Origin: an uncultured Spirochaetales bacterium
GTDB taxonomy: Bacteria; Spirochaetota; Spirochaetia; DSM-27196; DATKUC01
DNA: 64,000 bases
Assembly (NCBI GenBank): GCA_964553615.1
Contig: CAZKMA010000009.1
Span: 17,864-81,863 of the forward strand
Reading direction: 5' to 3'
Below the pieces are notes generated by a model that was given only the letters and a program-made list of their open reading frames with translations, was not told the origin of the DNA and did no database searches. This document shows, piece by piece, positions 36,809-46,764 of the stretch (its first letter is position 1; the number at the start of each line of letters is the position of its first letter). The translations under genes and the position numbers were made by a program.

Positions 36809-38206
36809 TCAGGCGTCCTTGTACGCGGCAACCAGCTGCTCTACGGCAGCCTTTCCGTCTCCAAAAAACATGAGCGTATTGTCGGCAGCAAACAGCGGAT
36901 TCGGTATTCCTGCAAAACCGGGGCTCAGACTCCGCTTTATCACAACAACCGTGCGCGCCTTGTCCACATCGAGTATCGGCATGCCCGCTATGGGAGTGCC
37001 GGAGGCCTGACGCGCAACCGGATTCACGACATCGTTCGCTCCAATCACAATTACCATGTCGGTGTTCGCGAATGTGGGGTTGATCTGATCCATCTCCCGA
37101 AGTTGCTCGTACGGGATATTCTCTTCGGCAAGAAGCACATTCATGTGACCGGGCATTCGACCCGCTACCGGATGAATTCCGAACTCTACCTCAATTCCGT
37201 CACGTTCAAGCAGCTCGGTGAGCTGCCGCACGGCGGTCTGAGCACGCGCCACCGCCATGCCGTATCCGGGAACCACGACCACACGCCTGCATGTCTTGAG
37301 AATAAGGGCAATTTCCTCGGGTGAAGAAGACTTCACTTTCCCTGCATAGACATCCTCGACGCCGGCGTCGTCCTCTATGACGGAGCCGACACCGCCGAAG
37401 AGAACGTTTGCGAGCGAACGGTTCATAGCCCGGCACATGATTCGGGTCAGAATGATGCCTGACGCACCCACCAGCGATCCGGCTATAATGAGAACGGTGT
37501 TGTTGAGCACAAATCCTGTTGCCGCCGCGGCGATTCCTGAGTAGGAGTTCAGGAGAGCAACGACAATCGGCATGTCTGCCCCGCCTATGGCAATGACAAG
37601 AAGCACACCCAGCACCGAAGAAACCGCAACGAGCAGCCAGTACAGATCCGTCCTGGCCGGCTCAATTACAACCCAGACTGCAACCCCGATGGAAGCGATT
37701 CCGACAAGAAGTTTTATGATCTGTTCACCGCGATAGCGAAGCGGCTTCTCGGTCATGACACCCTGCAGTTTCGCGAACGCGATAAGGCTTCCCCAGAAGG
37801 TAACTGCTCCGATCAGACCGGAAGCGACCGTTGCCACCGTGAACTGCGGCCCTGGTAACGCTTTACCTTCGGTTGTCACCGTCTGAATGAGTACGGCTCC
37901 GGCCACAAGAACCGATGCGGCACCGCCGAGACCGTTGAACAGCCCGACGAGCTGCGGCATTGCGGTCATCTGGATTTTGAGCGCAAGCACAATTCCAATG
38001 AGTGTTCCCGCGACCAGGCCGATGATGATAACCGGAAAGCCGACAATGTGCCGATCCATGAGCGTCACAATGACTGCCAGAAACATTCCAAGCGCGCCGA
38101 GCAGGTTTCCGCGCGCCGCAGTCCTCGGATGACTCAATCCCTTCAGGCCGACGATAAAGAGAACGGCAGCAATCAGGTACACAACGAGTGTTACTGTCTG
38201 GTTCAC
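36809..38206 (-). CDS. pntB: NAD(P) transhydrogenase beta subunit
   Basis: MPQLVGLFNGLGG, GGADMP, LNSYSG, PGYGMAVA, HPVAGRMPGHMNVLLAE, GANDVVNP. Confidence 0.97.
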   Translation of the reverse strand: MNQTVTLVVYLIAAVLFIVGLKGLSHPRTAARGNLLGALGMFLAVIVTLMDRHIVGFPVIIIGLVAGTLIGIVLALKIQMTAMPQLVGLFNGLGGAASVLVAGAVLIQTVTTEGKALPGPQFTVATVASGLIGAVTFWGSLIAFAKLQGVMTEKPLRYRGEQIIKLLVGIASIGVAVWVVIEPARTDLYWLLVAVSSVLGVLLVIAIGGADMPIVVALLNSYSGIAAAATGFVLNNTVLIIAGSLVGASGIILTRIMCRAMNRSLANVLFGGVGSVIEDDAGVEDVYAGKVKSSSPEEIALILKTCRRVVVVPGYGMAVARAQTAVRQLTELLERDGIEVEFGIHPVAGRMPGHMNVLLAEENIPYEQLREMDQINPTFANTDMVIVIGANDVVNPVARQASGTPIAGMPILDVDKARTVVVIKRSLSPGFAGIPNPLFAADNTLMFFGDGKAAVEQLVAAYKDA

Positions 38207-38210
38207 TGCA

Positions 38211-38498
38211 TTACCCCTTCTTCGACGATCGTCGGAACTTGTCGAGCATCCGGTGGGTCACCAGAAATCCGCCAACCACATTTATGGTTGCGAAGATGAT
38301 GGCCGCGAGTCCGAGCAGAGTGGTAAGCTGCGTGTGCCGGGTGCCGGCGCTCAGGATTGCACCGATGAGAGTAATGCCGGAGATCGCATTCGACCCCGAC
38401 ATGAGCGGCGTGTGCAGAATCGGAGGAACCTTCGTAATGACTTCAAACCCAACGAAAACCGCAAGAACAAATATGGTAATGGCACTGATCAGGGTCAT
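38211..38498 (-). CDS. pntA: NAD(P) transhydrogenase alpha subunit part 2 (membrane)
   Basis: LHTPLMSGSNAISG, INVVGGFLVTHRML. Confidence 0.95.
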   Translation of the reverse strand: MTLISAITIFVLAVFVGFEVITKVPPILHTPLMSGSNAISGITLIGAILSAGTRHTQLTTLLGLAAIIFATINVVGGFLVTHRMLDKFRRSSKKG

Positions 38499-38507
38499 GA
38501 ATATCTC

Positions 38508-39674
38508 CTAAAGCCCGAGCGTCCGTCGCATGGATTCATTCGGTACCTGGCCGTCATGCGTCACCAGGGTGGCGCTCACAATTTCATCCGTCAGGTCCGG
38601 AAGAAACTGCCCGTCTTTTGTCATCGAAAGCAGGAAGGTCGCTATGTTGCGGGCATAGAGTTGACTGGCGGTATGAGCCAGGGTGGAGACGAGATTCGCA
38701 GGACCGAGAATTTTCACGCCGTGATGCTCCACGGTCTGCCCGCTCCTGGTGAGCTCGCAGTTACCGCCGCGCTCGGCGGCCAGATCGACAATCACCGAAC
38801 CCGGCGTCATCCGCTCCACCATCTCGGCGGTAATGAGAACCGGAGCCTTTCGCCCCGGAACCGATGCGGTAGTTATTACCACATCCGATTCGGCGAGTAT
38901 TCCGCCCATGAGCTCCTGTTGCCGCGTGTAGAACTCTTCTCCCATCTCCCGCGCGTATCCTCCCGCCCCTCCCGCGTCACTCGTGTCCAGCTCCATCTCG
39001 ATGAATCGCGCTCCAAGGCTTGCAACCTGCTCTTTCACCTCCGAACGCACATCGTAGGCGCTCACAACGCCGCCAAGCCGTCGCGCCGTGGCTATTGCCT
39101 GCAGGCCCGCGACCCCTGCACCCACAATGAAAATACGTGCCGGAACCACGGTTCCGGCGGCGGTCATCATCATTGGGAGCATCCGTGGAAGCGCGTCTGC
39201 TCCGACAAGCACCGCCTTGTAGCCTGAAAGGTTTGCCATCGAGGAAAGCGCATCCATGCTCTGCGCACGCGTTATCCGCGGCATGAGCTCCATTGAGAAC
39301 GACGTGATCCGCCCGTCCTTCATGACACGGAATGAACTGTCCGGCGCATATGGCTCAAGAAAGCCAATGACCGCCTGCCCCGCGCGCATGCGCGACTCCC
39401 GGATTGAGCCGCGGGCCGCCGATTCCGCCGAACCGGCTGCGGCAGCCGCTCTGACGCAAAGCAATACGTCGGCCTCGCTCAGCACTGCATCTTCTGTCTG
39501 GAGAACTCGAACACCACGTTCTTCATATGCGGAGTCCGGGTAGCCGGCCGGGTCTCCGGCACCGCGCTCCATGATCAGGGCACACCCCGCCTTCGTCAGG
39601 GCGGGTACCTGGGCAGGCACCATAGCCACCCTTCGCTCGCCCGCGGCAATCTCCCGAAAAAATCCAACTGTCAT
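38508..39674 (-). CDS. pntA: NAD(P) transhydrogenase alpha subunit part 1 (domain I)
   Basis: ERRVAMVP, PRITRAQSMDALSS, GAGVAGLQA, DLAAERGGN. ATG 39674 overlaps the upstream TGA (ATGA). Confidence 0.95.
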   Translation of the reverse strand: MTVGFFREIAAGERRVAMVPAQVPALTKAGCALIMERGAGDPAGYPDSAYEERGVRVLQTEDAVLSEADVLLCVRAAAAAGSAESAARGSIRESRMRAGQAVIGFLEPYAPDSSFRVMKDGRITSFSMELMPRITRAQSMDALSSMANLSGYKAVLVGADALPRMLPMMMTAAGTVVPARIFIVGAGVAGLQAIATARRLGGVVSAYDVRSEVKEQVASLGARFIEMELDTSDAGGAGGYAREMGEEFYTRQQELMGGILAESDVVITTASVPGRKAPVLITAEMVERMTPGSVIVDLAAERGGNCELTRSGQTVEHHGVKILGPANLVSTLAHTASQLYARNIATFLLSMTKDGQFLPDLTDEIVSATLVTHDGQVPNESMRRTLGL

Positions 39675-41224
39675 CCGTTCCTCCACGATTCAGGATGTCT
39701 GTTCACATCCTTCTGTACGAGCGCCGCAGCGATGCCACCCGAGAGAATAGCAAGCGGCATGCCGCCTCCGGGATGAACGCTCCCGCCGCAGAGATAGAGC
39801 CCCGGATAACGACGGGATCGGTTCGGGTGACGGAGAAACGCCGCGAGCGTGCTGTTCGAGCTTATTCCGTACAGACTTCCCCGGTACGACCCGGTACGTT
39901 CAGCAATCTGACCGGGATGCATCGTCTGCTCGAAAACGATCTCCCGGTCGATCCGACGGCCCAGCGCCGAACAGAGCGTATTAAGAACTCGCGGACGCAG
40001 CCTCGCCACCTCGTCGTCCCAGTCCTGACCGGAATCGTAGGGCGTATTGATCAGCACGAACCAGTTCTCGCCGCCTGTCGGCGCGTCAGCCGGGTTCACC
40101 TTCGACGTAATGTTCACATAGACCGTCGGATCCTCCGGCACTGTGACCGCACGAAAGATCTGATCGAACTCGTTCCGGTAGTCCGATGAGAAAAAGATAT
40201 TGTTTACCGACAGTTCCGGAAAGGCCGAACGCATACCCCAGTAGAAGACAATCCCGGAAGAGGAGGATTCGAGCCGTTCATACCGTTTCAGAAGCGGAGC
40301 TTCCGCGTCAACGAGCAGATTACGATAGGTCAGGGTCACATCGACATTGGAGATGACGATACCGTACGGCCGGAACTCTCCGCCAATGCGGATTCCCCGT
40401 ATCGTCCGCGTTCGGCGCATGCCGCTTTTTCCGCCCGGCGTGCCATATTCTATCCTTTCAACGTCGGCTCCGAAGTGAAACCGGACACCGAGCTCGCGGG
40501 CAAGGCGCTCGAGGGCGAGCGGAATTGATCGTATGCCGTCGGCCATCGCATATCCGCCAAGACCGTATTCAACGTGAGGAATGATGTTGAGCGTTGCTGG
40601 CGTCAGGTACGGGCTCGATCCATTGTAGGTGGCGTATCGGTCAAAGAGCTGTCGTATCTTCGGACTTTGAAAGAACGAGCGGTTGGCTGCATCCATGGTC
40701 CGCAGCGGATCTATTCGGAAAATTCGACTCAGTGACTTCCAGAAGAGCGCCGAGCCATAGGTGGACGAATCATGCAGGCTGTGCCTGAGAAAGAGGTCCC
40801 CGGCAACTTCGTAGATCCGTTTGCTGTAGGCGAGATACCGGGCAAGGTGCGCCGCAGGCTCCCCGGTCTTCGACTGGATCTCCCTGCCGAAACGGTCCGG
40901 TTCGAAGAATGCGTCGAGCGTTGTGGAATCCGGGTAGAAGTACCTGCAGATGACCGGAAGCGGAACAAAGGAGAGATACTCTTCGGCCCGCCTGCCGACG
41001 GAAGAGAAGAGATCGTCAAAGACGTCCTTCATGGTAACCAGGGACGGCCCGGTGTCGAATCGGAAACCCGATTCGGTCAGAGTGCCGGCCTTTCCGCCCA
41101 CACTATCCGAGCGTTCGTACAAATCAACCGCGAAACCTGTCGCAGCGAGCCTGATTGCGGCGGAGAGTCCGCCGAGTCCTGCTCCGATGACGGCGACGTT
41201 CGGAAGATGCGCCTCACCGTTCAT
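39671..41224 (-). CDS. Phytoene desaturase family FAD oxidoreductase (CrtI/CrtD-like)
   Basis: IGAGLGGLSAA, GGKAG, FRFDTGPSL, YATYNGSSP, GSLYG, LCGGSVHPGGGMPL. Confidence 0.9.
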   Translation of the reverse strand: MNGEAHLPNVAVIGAGLGGLSAAIRLAATGFAVDLYERSDSVGGKAGTLTESGFRFDTGPSLVTMKDVFDDLFSSVGRRAEEYLSFVPLPVICRYFYPDSTTLDAFFEPDRFGREIQSKTGEPAAHLARYLAYSKRIYEVAGDLFLRHSLHDSSTYGSALFWKSLSRIFRIDPLRTMDAANRSFFQSPKIRQLFDRYATYNGSSPYLTPATLNIIPHVEYGLGGYAMADGIRSIPLALERLARELGVRFHFGADVERIEYGTPGGKSGMRRTRTIRGIRIGGEFRPYGIVISNVDVTLTYRNLLVDAEAPLLKRYERLESSSSGIVFYWGMRSAFPELSVNNIFFSSDYRNEFDQIFRAVTVPEDPTVYVNITSKVNPADAPTGGENWFVLINTPYDSGQDWDDEVARLRPRVLNTLCSALGRRIDREIVFEQTMHPGQIAERTGSYRGSLYGISSNSTLAAFLRHPNRSRRYPGLYLCGGSVHPGGGMPLAILSGGIAAALVQKDVNRHPESWRNG

Positions 41225-41299
41225 TGCGCGCACCGGAAACACGAGTCGAAGTGAGACGTTGTGAACATGGCGACACGGTAGCCTCCGCCTGCAGGAAAG

Positions 41300-41998
41300 T
41301 CAAACTGGAACGGTCGGAATACGACTCCCGTCAAAGCGGGAACGCAACAGAATGTGGACAAGGAAGTTGCCTGAGATGAGAGAAAAGCTGTAGAAGAAAT
41401 CCTCGAGAGGGATGGTATAGACGCGCACTCCCCAGATGTGTCCGGATGAATACAGGACAACAGGTACCGCCGTCAGTACGCCGTTTGCCGCAAGAAACGG
41501 CACGTAGCAAATTCCGGCAGCCACCCAGAACCAGCTTGACATGAGTACATGCGGCGCAACAGCCGCTGCAACGAGGAAAAAAACACCGCAGACGACAAGA
41601 GCGGTCAGGGTGTATGGCTGGGAATAGAAAACGAGCCCGGCGGCAACGAAGGCCATCCCAAGTATGGCAGCAAGCCAGGACGGCATGAAAACGCCCCGTT
41701 CAGGCACGTATGCCCTGACAACCTCGTATACGAACAGACACGCGTACGGCACCGTAACGAAGAAGAGTATTTCCTCGAGCGGCAGACCCCAGATACGAAG
41801 TCGACCGGTATGCTCGACGCTGAAGTGCCAGTCGCCTCTTCTGGTGGCAAATACGTCCCAGACAACGAAAACCGCACCGACAACGAGAATCGCACTGAAG
41901 ACTGAAGGCCACCTCTTGTAGAAGGCGACCTTTCGGTCGAACGACAGGACCAGGGGAAAAAACAGCACCGCCAGATCGAGTACCAGATAAAGACTCAT
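41300..41998 (-). CDS. Lycopene cyclase, fused CrtYc/CrtYd membrane type
   Basis: Two repeats: WDVFA...GLPLEEILFFVTVPYAC and ANGVLT...TIPLEDFFY. Confidence 0.85.
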   Translation of the reverse strand: MSLYLVLDLAVLFFPLVLSFDRKVAFYKRWPSVFSAILVVGAVFVVWDVFATRRGDWHFSVEHTGRLRIWGLPLEEILFFVTVPYACLFVYEVVRAYVPERGVFMPSWLAAILGMAFVAAGLVFYSQPYTLTALVVCGVFFLVAAAVAPHVLMSSWFWVAAGICYVPFLAANGVLTAVPVVLYSSGHIWGVRVYTIPLEDFFYSFSLISGNFLVHILLRSRFDGSRIPTVPV

Positions 41999-42011
41999 GT
42001 CACCTCGCAGA

Positions 42012-43349
42012 TCAGGGACCTTCGTGTCCCGCTATCACTTCCCGGTAGAAGTAGTAGCTGTCTTTCGGGATTCGACGCTGATCAGCGAAATCGCAGTAGA
42101 CAATGCCGAACCGTCGGTCGTATCCAAACGACCACTCGAAGTTGTCAATAAACGACCAGAGAAAGTAGCCGTTCAGATTCACTCCGCTGCGAATCGCCTC
42201 GGAGCACGCCTGAAAATGGTCGGCAAGGTAGTCCACGCGAACAGCGTCATGACAGCGGGTTCCGGATTCATCCAGCCGGTCGTCCAGGGCACACCCGTTT
42301 TCGGTTACGTAGAGCTCCGGCGCACCGTAGTGCGTGTGCACATACACCAGCTGGCGGTACAGACCCCACGGAGTAACCGGCCACCCCATCTGCGTCTCCG
42401 CCTGGTAGTGCGGAACGCTGCGGAAATGTTCGGGGTGGTCTTCGTCCCACGCAATTACCTGTTCGGAGTAGAAGTTCAGGCCAAGGAAATCGATCTTTCC
42501 GGAAATCAGGTCCATGTCGCCGTCTTCAATGGGCATCCGTATATCCGGATACGCTCCGATGTGGCGTGCCGGATATCCCTTTCCATAGAGCGGGTCGAGG
42601 AACATACCAACAGACTGGTCCGCGGCGCGCGACGCTGCTTCGACATCTTTCGGATCGCCGGTTGCAGGACGCGGTGTGGAAAGATTGAGGGTCGTACCGA
42701 TCTTTCCTGTATACCCGCCTTCCCGGAAGGCATTCAGCGCAAGTCCATGGGCAAGGTTCAGATGATGGATCGCTTCATACGCCTTCTTCCGATCACGAAT
42801 TCCCGGTGCATGGACTCCGGCAAGATACCCAAGGATCGAGGCGCAGAAAGGTTCATTCATCGTAATCCACATGTTTACCCGATCCCCGAGAGCTTCGAAA
42901 CAAGTTCGGGAATAGTCCAGGTACCGGTAGGCGGTCTCGCGATTCGGCCAGCCACCATCCTGCTGGAGAGGTTCGGGAAGATCCCAGTGATACAGGGTAA
43001 CTGCGGGCTCTATGCCTGCGGCCAGAAGTGCGTCGATGAGTCTGTTGTAGTAGTCGAATCCCCTGGGATTCGGGCTGCCGGATCCTGTGGGAAATATGCG
43101 CGGCCAGGCAAGAGAGAAACGGTAGCTCCGGATTCCGAGGTCGCGCATTAACCGGACATCTTCTTCATACCGATGATACTGATCCGCGGCCACCTCACCC
43201 GTGTGCCCATGCATCACCTTTCCGGGCGTCCGGGAGAAGGTGTCCCAGATGCTCGTGCCACGCCCGTCTTCGTCTACAGCCCCTTCGACTTGATAGCTGG
43301 CCGTTGCGGTGCCGAACACGAACGTGTCAGGAAACTTGATGGTGCGCAT
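42012..43349 (-). CDS. Beta-glucosidase, glycoside hydrolase family 1
   Basis: FVFGTATASYQVEG, YRFSLAWPR, TLYHWDLP, TMNEP (acid/base), YVTENG (nucleophile), DNFEW. Confidence 0.95.
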   Translation of the reverse strand: MRTIKFPDTFVFGTATASYQVEGAVDEDGRGTSIWDTFSRTPGKVMHGHTGEVAADQYHRYEEDVRLMRDLGIRSYRFSLAWPRIFPTGSGSPNPRGFDYYNRLIDALLAAGIEPAVTLYHWDLPEPLQQDGGWPNRETAYRYLDYSRTCFEALGDRVNMWITMNEPFCASILGYLAGVHAPGIRDRKKAYEAIHHLNLAHGLALNAFREGGYTGKIGTTLNLSTPRPATGDPKDVEAASRAADQSVGMFLDPLYGKGYPARHIGAYPDIRMPIEDGDMDLISGKIDFLGLNFYSEQVIAWDEDHPEHFRSVPHYQAETQMGWPVTPWGLYRQLVYVHTHYGAPELYVTENGCALDDRLDESGTRCHDAVRVDYLADHFQACSEAIRSGVNLNGYFLWSFIDNFEWSFGYDRRFGIVYCDFADQRRIPKDSYYFYREVIAGHEGP

Positions 43350-43401
43350 GGATATCTCCTCGGAACTCCGACTGTACCGGACACTCCCCCGTTTTGCAAG
43401 C

Positions 43402-44793
43402 TCACCGGGTGGCACTATTCGCACGTGCAGCTTCAATGATCTGTCTCATTACGGCCCGGTGAGGCGCGGTCCCGATGTGCGCTTCCGCCTCGGCGACAGT
43501 GAGTTTTTTTCCGGCTGCATCCGAGAACAGACCCAGTTTCTCCTTGAGGGCAAGAATCCGGGCAACGGACTCATCCAGCCGCTGCATTGAAATCCGATCC
43601 GAATGAACCGCGTCAATGAGGGCGTTGAAGACTGCGGAAGCATCCGGCGGAAGCAACAGGATATCGCATCCGGCGCGTACCGCCTCGACCGCAGCCTTTT
43701 CCGGGGTGGTAAAATCGAGAAGCGCCGCCATGTTCATTGCATCGGTCATGACAACGCCGTCAAACCCGAGATCGCGCCGCAGCAGGCCATCCACCATGAT
43801 AGGAGAGAGCGACGCAGGAACGTTCGTGCCGGTTATCTCGGGGAAAGCAATGTGAGCCGTGAGCACGCCGTCCGCCCCGGCGGCAATTCCACTGCGAAAG
43901 GGCAACAGCTCTACCGATTTCAGACGGGCAAGGTTGTTTCGGTCTACTGCGGTCCCGTGGTGGGTATCACTCGCGGTATCGCCATGGCCGGGAAAATGCT
44001 TGAGAACCGCGGCCACGCCGGTACTCTGGATGCCTTCCACCATGCGGGCAACCATTGCCGCAACCCGCCTGGCGTCGGTGCCGAACGAACGAGTGCCAAT
44101 GAGGGTATTCTTCGGGTTTGTCAGTACGTCTGCGAGCGGAGCCAGGTCCATGTTGAATCCGAGAGCGGCAAGTTCGGTTCCGATAACGGTGCCGGCTCGA
44201 AAAGCGAGCTCCGGATTGCCGGTCTCACCGATTGTCCAGGGACTCGGAATGGGAGTTGCCGGGATTTTACCGCTGGAAGTCAGCCTGCTCACCGCTCCGC
44301 CTTCCTCGTCGGTAGATACAAGAAGGGGGACGGGAGAGATGGCCTGGAGTCCATGAATGAGGGTGAGTGTCTGCGAAACAGTTTCGATATTACCGCCGAA
44401 CATGATGACACCACCGGGCTGGACCCGTTCGAAGAACGTGCGGTACGCGTGCGTGAGAGCTCTCAATTCGTGGTTTGAACGCTGGTCTGCCACGGCTATC
44501 ATGAGCAGTTGACCGACCTTCTGCTCAAGGGTCATTCCAGCAATCAGTGTCTGCGTCCTGTCCGTCCGGGGTTTGGTTGCAGTCCGGGAAGGGACGGTCG
44601 AAACGACGGCAGGACCTTTTTTCGCCGGAGCGGAAGAGGGAATCTCCGCCTTCGGAGGTGGGAATTCAGACGGCGCTGCGGAAACCTTCTCCGTCGCCGC
44701 GCCGACTCGGGGCGCACGAGATGCGGTTGCGCAGGAAGCGAGCGAAAGGATGGCCAGGCCGATGGCGAAAAGTCGGGTGTACGTATCTGTCAT
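43402..44793 (-). CDS. nagZ: GH3 beta-N-acetylhexosaminidase-like lipoprotein
   Basis: Lipobox LASC; DEEGG, KHFPGHGDT.SDTH, TDAMNM. Confidence 0.85.
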   Translation of the reverse strand: MTDTYTRLFAIGLAILSLASCATASRAPRVGAATEKVSAAPSEFPPPKAEIPSSAPAKKGPAVVSTVPSRTATKPRTDRTQTLIAGMTLEQKVGQLLMIAVADQRSNHELRALTHAYRTFFERVQPGGVIMFGGNIETVSQTLTLIHGLQAISPVPLLVSTDEEGGAVSRLTSSGKIPATPIPSPWTIGETGNPELAFRAGTVIGTELAALGFNMDLAPLADVLTNPKNTLIGTRSFGTDARRVAAMVARMVEGIQSTGVAAVLKHFPGHGDTASDTHHGTAVDRNNLARLKSVELLPFRSGIAAGADGVLTAHIAFPEITGTNVPASLSPIMVDGLLRRDLGFDGVVMTDAMNMAALLDFTTPEKAAVEAVRAGCDILLLPPDASAVFNALIDAVHSDRISMQRLDESVARILALKEKLGLFSDAAGKKLTVAEAEAHIGTAPHRAVMRQIIEAARANSATR

Positions 44794-44820
44794 CTTTGGA
44801 TATCCGGGCAACTTCCCGGA

Positions 44821-44850
44821 ATTATACCACAGAGATCAGCGCGTTGCGAA
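44821..44850 (-). promoter_or_regulatory. Extended -10 promoter for the GH3-GH1-crt-pnt run
   Basis: TGgTATAAT at 44829-44821; weak -35 TTCGCA. Confidence 0.6.
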
Positions 44851-45009
44851 CATCTGTCAGACTTGAGGCAGAAGAACATCGTAGTGATTTGAGAATTTTC
44901 TTGTACACAAAAGCATACACAAATCGTTCCGATTCAGTTTGCTTCTTCGGGGGAACTGCTAAGTGACGGTTTTGCAGGAACTTAGAAAAAATACAGAAAT
45001 CCCCTTGGT

Positions 45010-45025
45010 TGGCACTGTTATTGCA
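45010..45025 (+). promoter_or_regulatory. Sigma54 (-24/-12) promoter
   Basis: TGGCAC-TGTTA-TTGCA, an exact TGGCAC-N5-TTGCW consensus in intergenic DNA. TACACAAA direct repeats at 44904 and 44916. Confidence 0.7.
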
Positions 45026-45070
45026 TCTAATATAGCTGACGGTCCGTGTGGCGGGCGAAGAAGTGTAACC

Positions 45071-45103
45071 GGCGGTGAGTCGTTGGCCACGCTCCCCGCC
45101 TTT
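45071..45103 (+). terminator. Terminator-like hairpin downstream of the sigma54 promoter
   Basis: GGCGG-T-GAG-T-CGT-loop-ACG-CTC-C-CCGCC followed by TTT (short U-tract). Confidence 0.4.
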
Positions 45104-45137
45104 CCCATACAGATATTATACTCAGGAACAGGGCAAA

Positions 45138-45842
45138 ATGCAAAAGACTCTAGCAGCAATAAGCGTTACGGACAGGCAGCAGCGATTAGTTCAAGTACAG
45201 CCCGCGGTGGGTTATGGGTCACCCGCCGATTTCCAATATACCGATAGCCCGTCTCGCATCTCTGCCGAGCTTCGAACGGAAATGGTTCGCAAATCAATAC
45301 ATCTTCTTGTAGCACTGGTGCCAAGCCTTGCCATGGTGGCGGGAGTGGGTGCCACTCTTGCAATTCTCGGCATCGGGACACTTGTCTACGCCTACGCCGA
45401 ACTCCTCAGGTTGAACGGCAGACCGGTCACGGTCATCTCCTACGTAACCGCTCTCGCCTCCCGGGACCGGGATCGTGGTGGATTTGTCATGGGACCGGTT
45501 ACGCTGGGCGTCGGAGCAATGCTTGCACTCCTGCTCTATCCGGGTCCGGCGGCAACGCTCGCCATCTATGCCCTTGCCTTCGGCGACGGACTCTCGAGTC
45601 TGGTGGGAAAGACCTTCGGACATGTTCGCATTCCGTTCACCGGAGGGAAGACCGTAATCGGAAGCGCCACGTGTTTCGTCTCGGTCTACCTGATCAGCCT
45701 CGCAATTCTCGGCTCACCAGTACGGGCCACCGCAATCGCCCTCGGCGCAACGCTGCTCGAGATGGTGCCGGTCCGGGACCTCGACAATCTTCTGCTTCCC
45801 ATAGGTGTCGGGCTCATTGCCAACACCGTCATGTTCCTCTGA
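45138..45842 (+). CDS. Diacylglycerol/polyprenol (dolichol/phytol) kinase family membrane protein
   Basis: RKSIHL, LAFGDGLSSLVGKTFG, GKTVIGS, DLDNLLLP. Confidence 0.85.
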   Translation: MQKTLAAISVTDRQQRLVQVQPAVGYGSPADFQYTDSPSRISAELRTEMVRKSIHLLVALVPSLAMVAGVGATLAILGIGTLVYAYAELLRLNGRPVTVISYVTALASRDRDRGGFVMGPVTLGVGAMLALLLYPGPAATLAIYALAFGDGLSSLVGKTFGHVRIPFTGGKTVIGSATCFVSVYLISLAILGSPVRATAIALGATLLEMVPVRDLDNLLLPIGVGLIANTVMFL

Positions 45843-45851
45843 TCGTTCCAG

Positions 45852-46682
45852 TCACATCCAGAGATAGAGCCGGTAATTCCTGATTCCATACAACGCAATA
45901 CCTCCAACCAGGGCGAGTGATCCGGCAAGGATCGCGACCGGGTTGGAGAAATAGAAAAGTACCCCTCTGCCCAGAGCAGTAAGCGCAACCGCAAACGCAA
46001 TTACGGCGTGATCCGGTACTCCTCGGGTGACAATCGTGGTGGAGTAGCTCAGAATTGTGAGAACGCCAATCAGGAGAAGAATCGTCTGAATTGTCGATTC
46101 GTTGCCAACGTGATACAGAAGGTTCGTGTACAGGGAAAGCGAATCTATGGGCACAACGTAGGCAACTGCAAACGCCACGAGTCCGGAAAGACCCAGCACC
46201 GTTGCGTACTTCTGATACTGGACGCCTGCCGCATAGAGACTCGAGGCAAGGAGACAGAAGGTACCGAGAAACTGGCCAAAGTACACAAACCGCGTTACGA
46301 CCATTCCATACAACGACGGCAGGTTCAGATACAGAAAATAGAGTTGAATGGACTTGATGCCGTCAAAACTCAGCGAAAGAACAAAGACGGTAAAGAAGAA
46401 CACCTCAGGCGCCGTTGTCTTCAGAAAGTACCTGCGGAACAGATAGGCGCCGATAGATGCGGTGAACACGAGGACGCCAATGCCGACAAAGTTCCATCCA
46501 AGTGCTATGTTCGGGGATTTCCAGTGAAAGAACAGCCATCGCTGCGTACCAAGCAGGATAGCACCGGATGGATGGTATCCGTGAGCGGTAACGACCCAGA
46601 TCACGTAACCGCACAGGCCGAGTATAGCCACCGAGAGCCCGATGCCTATCAAGAGTATGGTGTTCCGGGTGGCAAGGGTCAT
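45852..46682 (-). CDS. Hypothetical multi-pass membrane protein (about 8 TM)
   Basis: Long hydrophobic ORF; TGaTATATT lies 6 nt before the ATG. Confidence 0.75.
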   Translation of the reverse strand: MTLATRNTILLIGIGLSVAILGLCGYVIWVVTAHGYHPSGAILLGTQRWLFFHWKSPNIALGWNFVGIGVLVFTASIGAYLFRRYFLKTTAPEVFFFTVFVLSLSFDGIKSIQLYFLYLNLPSLYGMVVTRFVYFGQFLGTFCLLASSLYAAGVQYQKYATVLGLSGLVAFAVAYVVPIDSLSLYTNLLYHVGNESTIQTILLLIGVLTILSYSTTIVTRGVPDHAVIAFAVALTALGRGVLFYFSNPVAILAGSLALVGGIALYGIRNYRLYLWM

Positions 46683-46764
46683 GTGAGTAATATATCAATT
46701 TGGAATGAGAAAAAACTACAGTAAGTTCGGAACTGATCGATATTGAAAGGGGAGGCAAGGGAAG

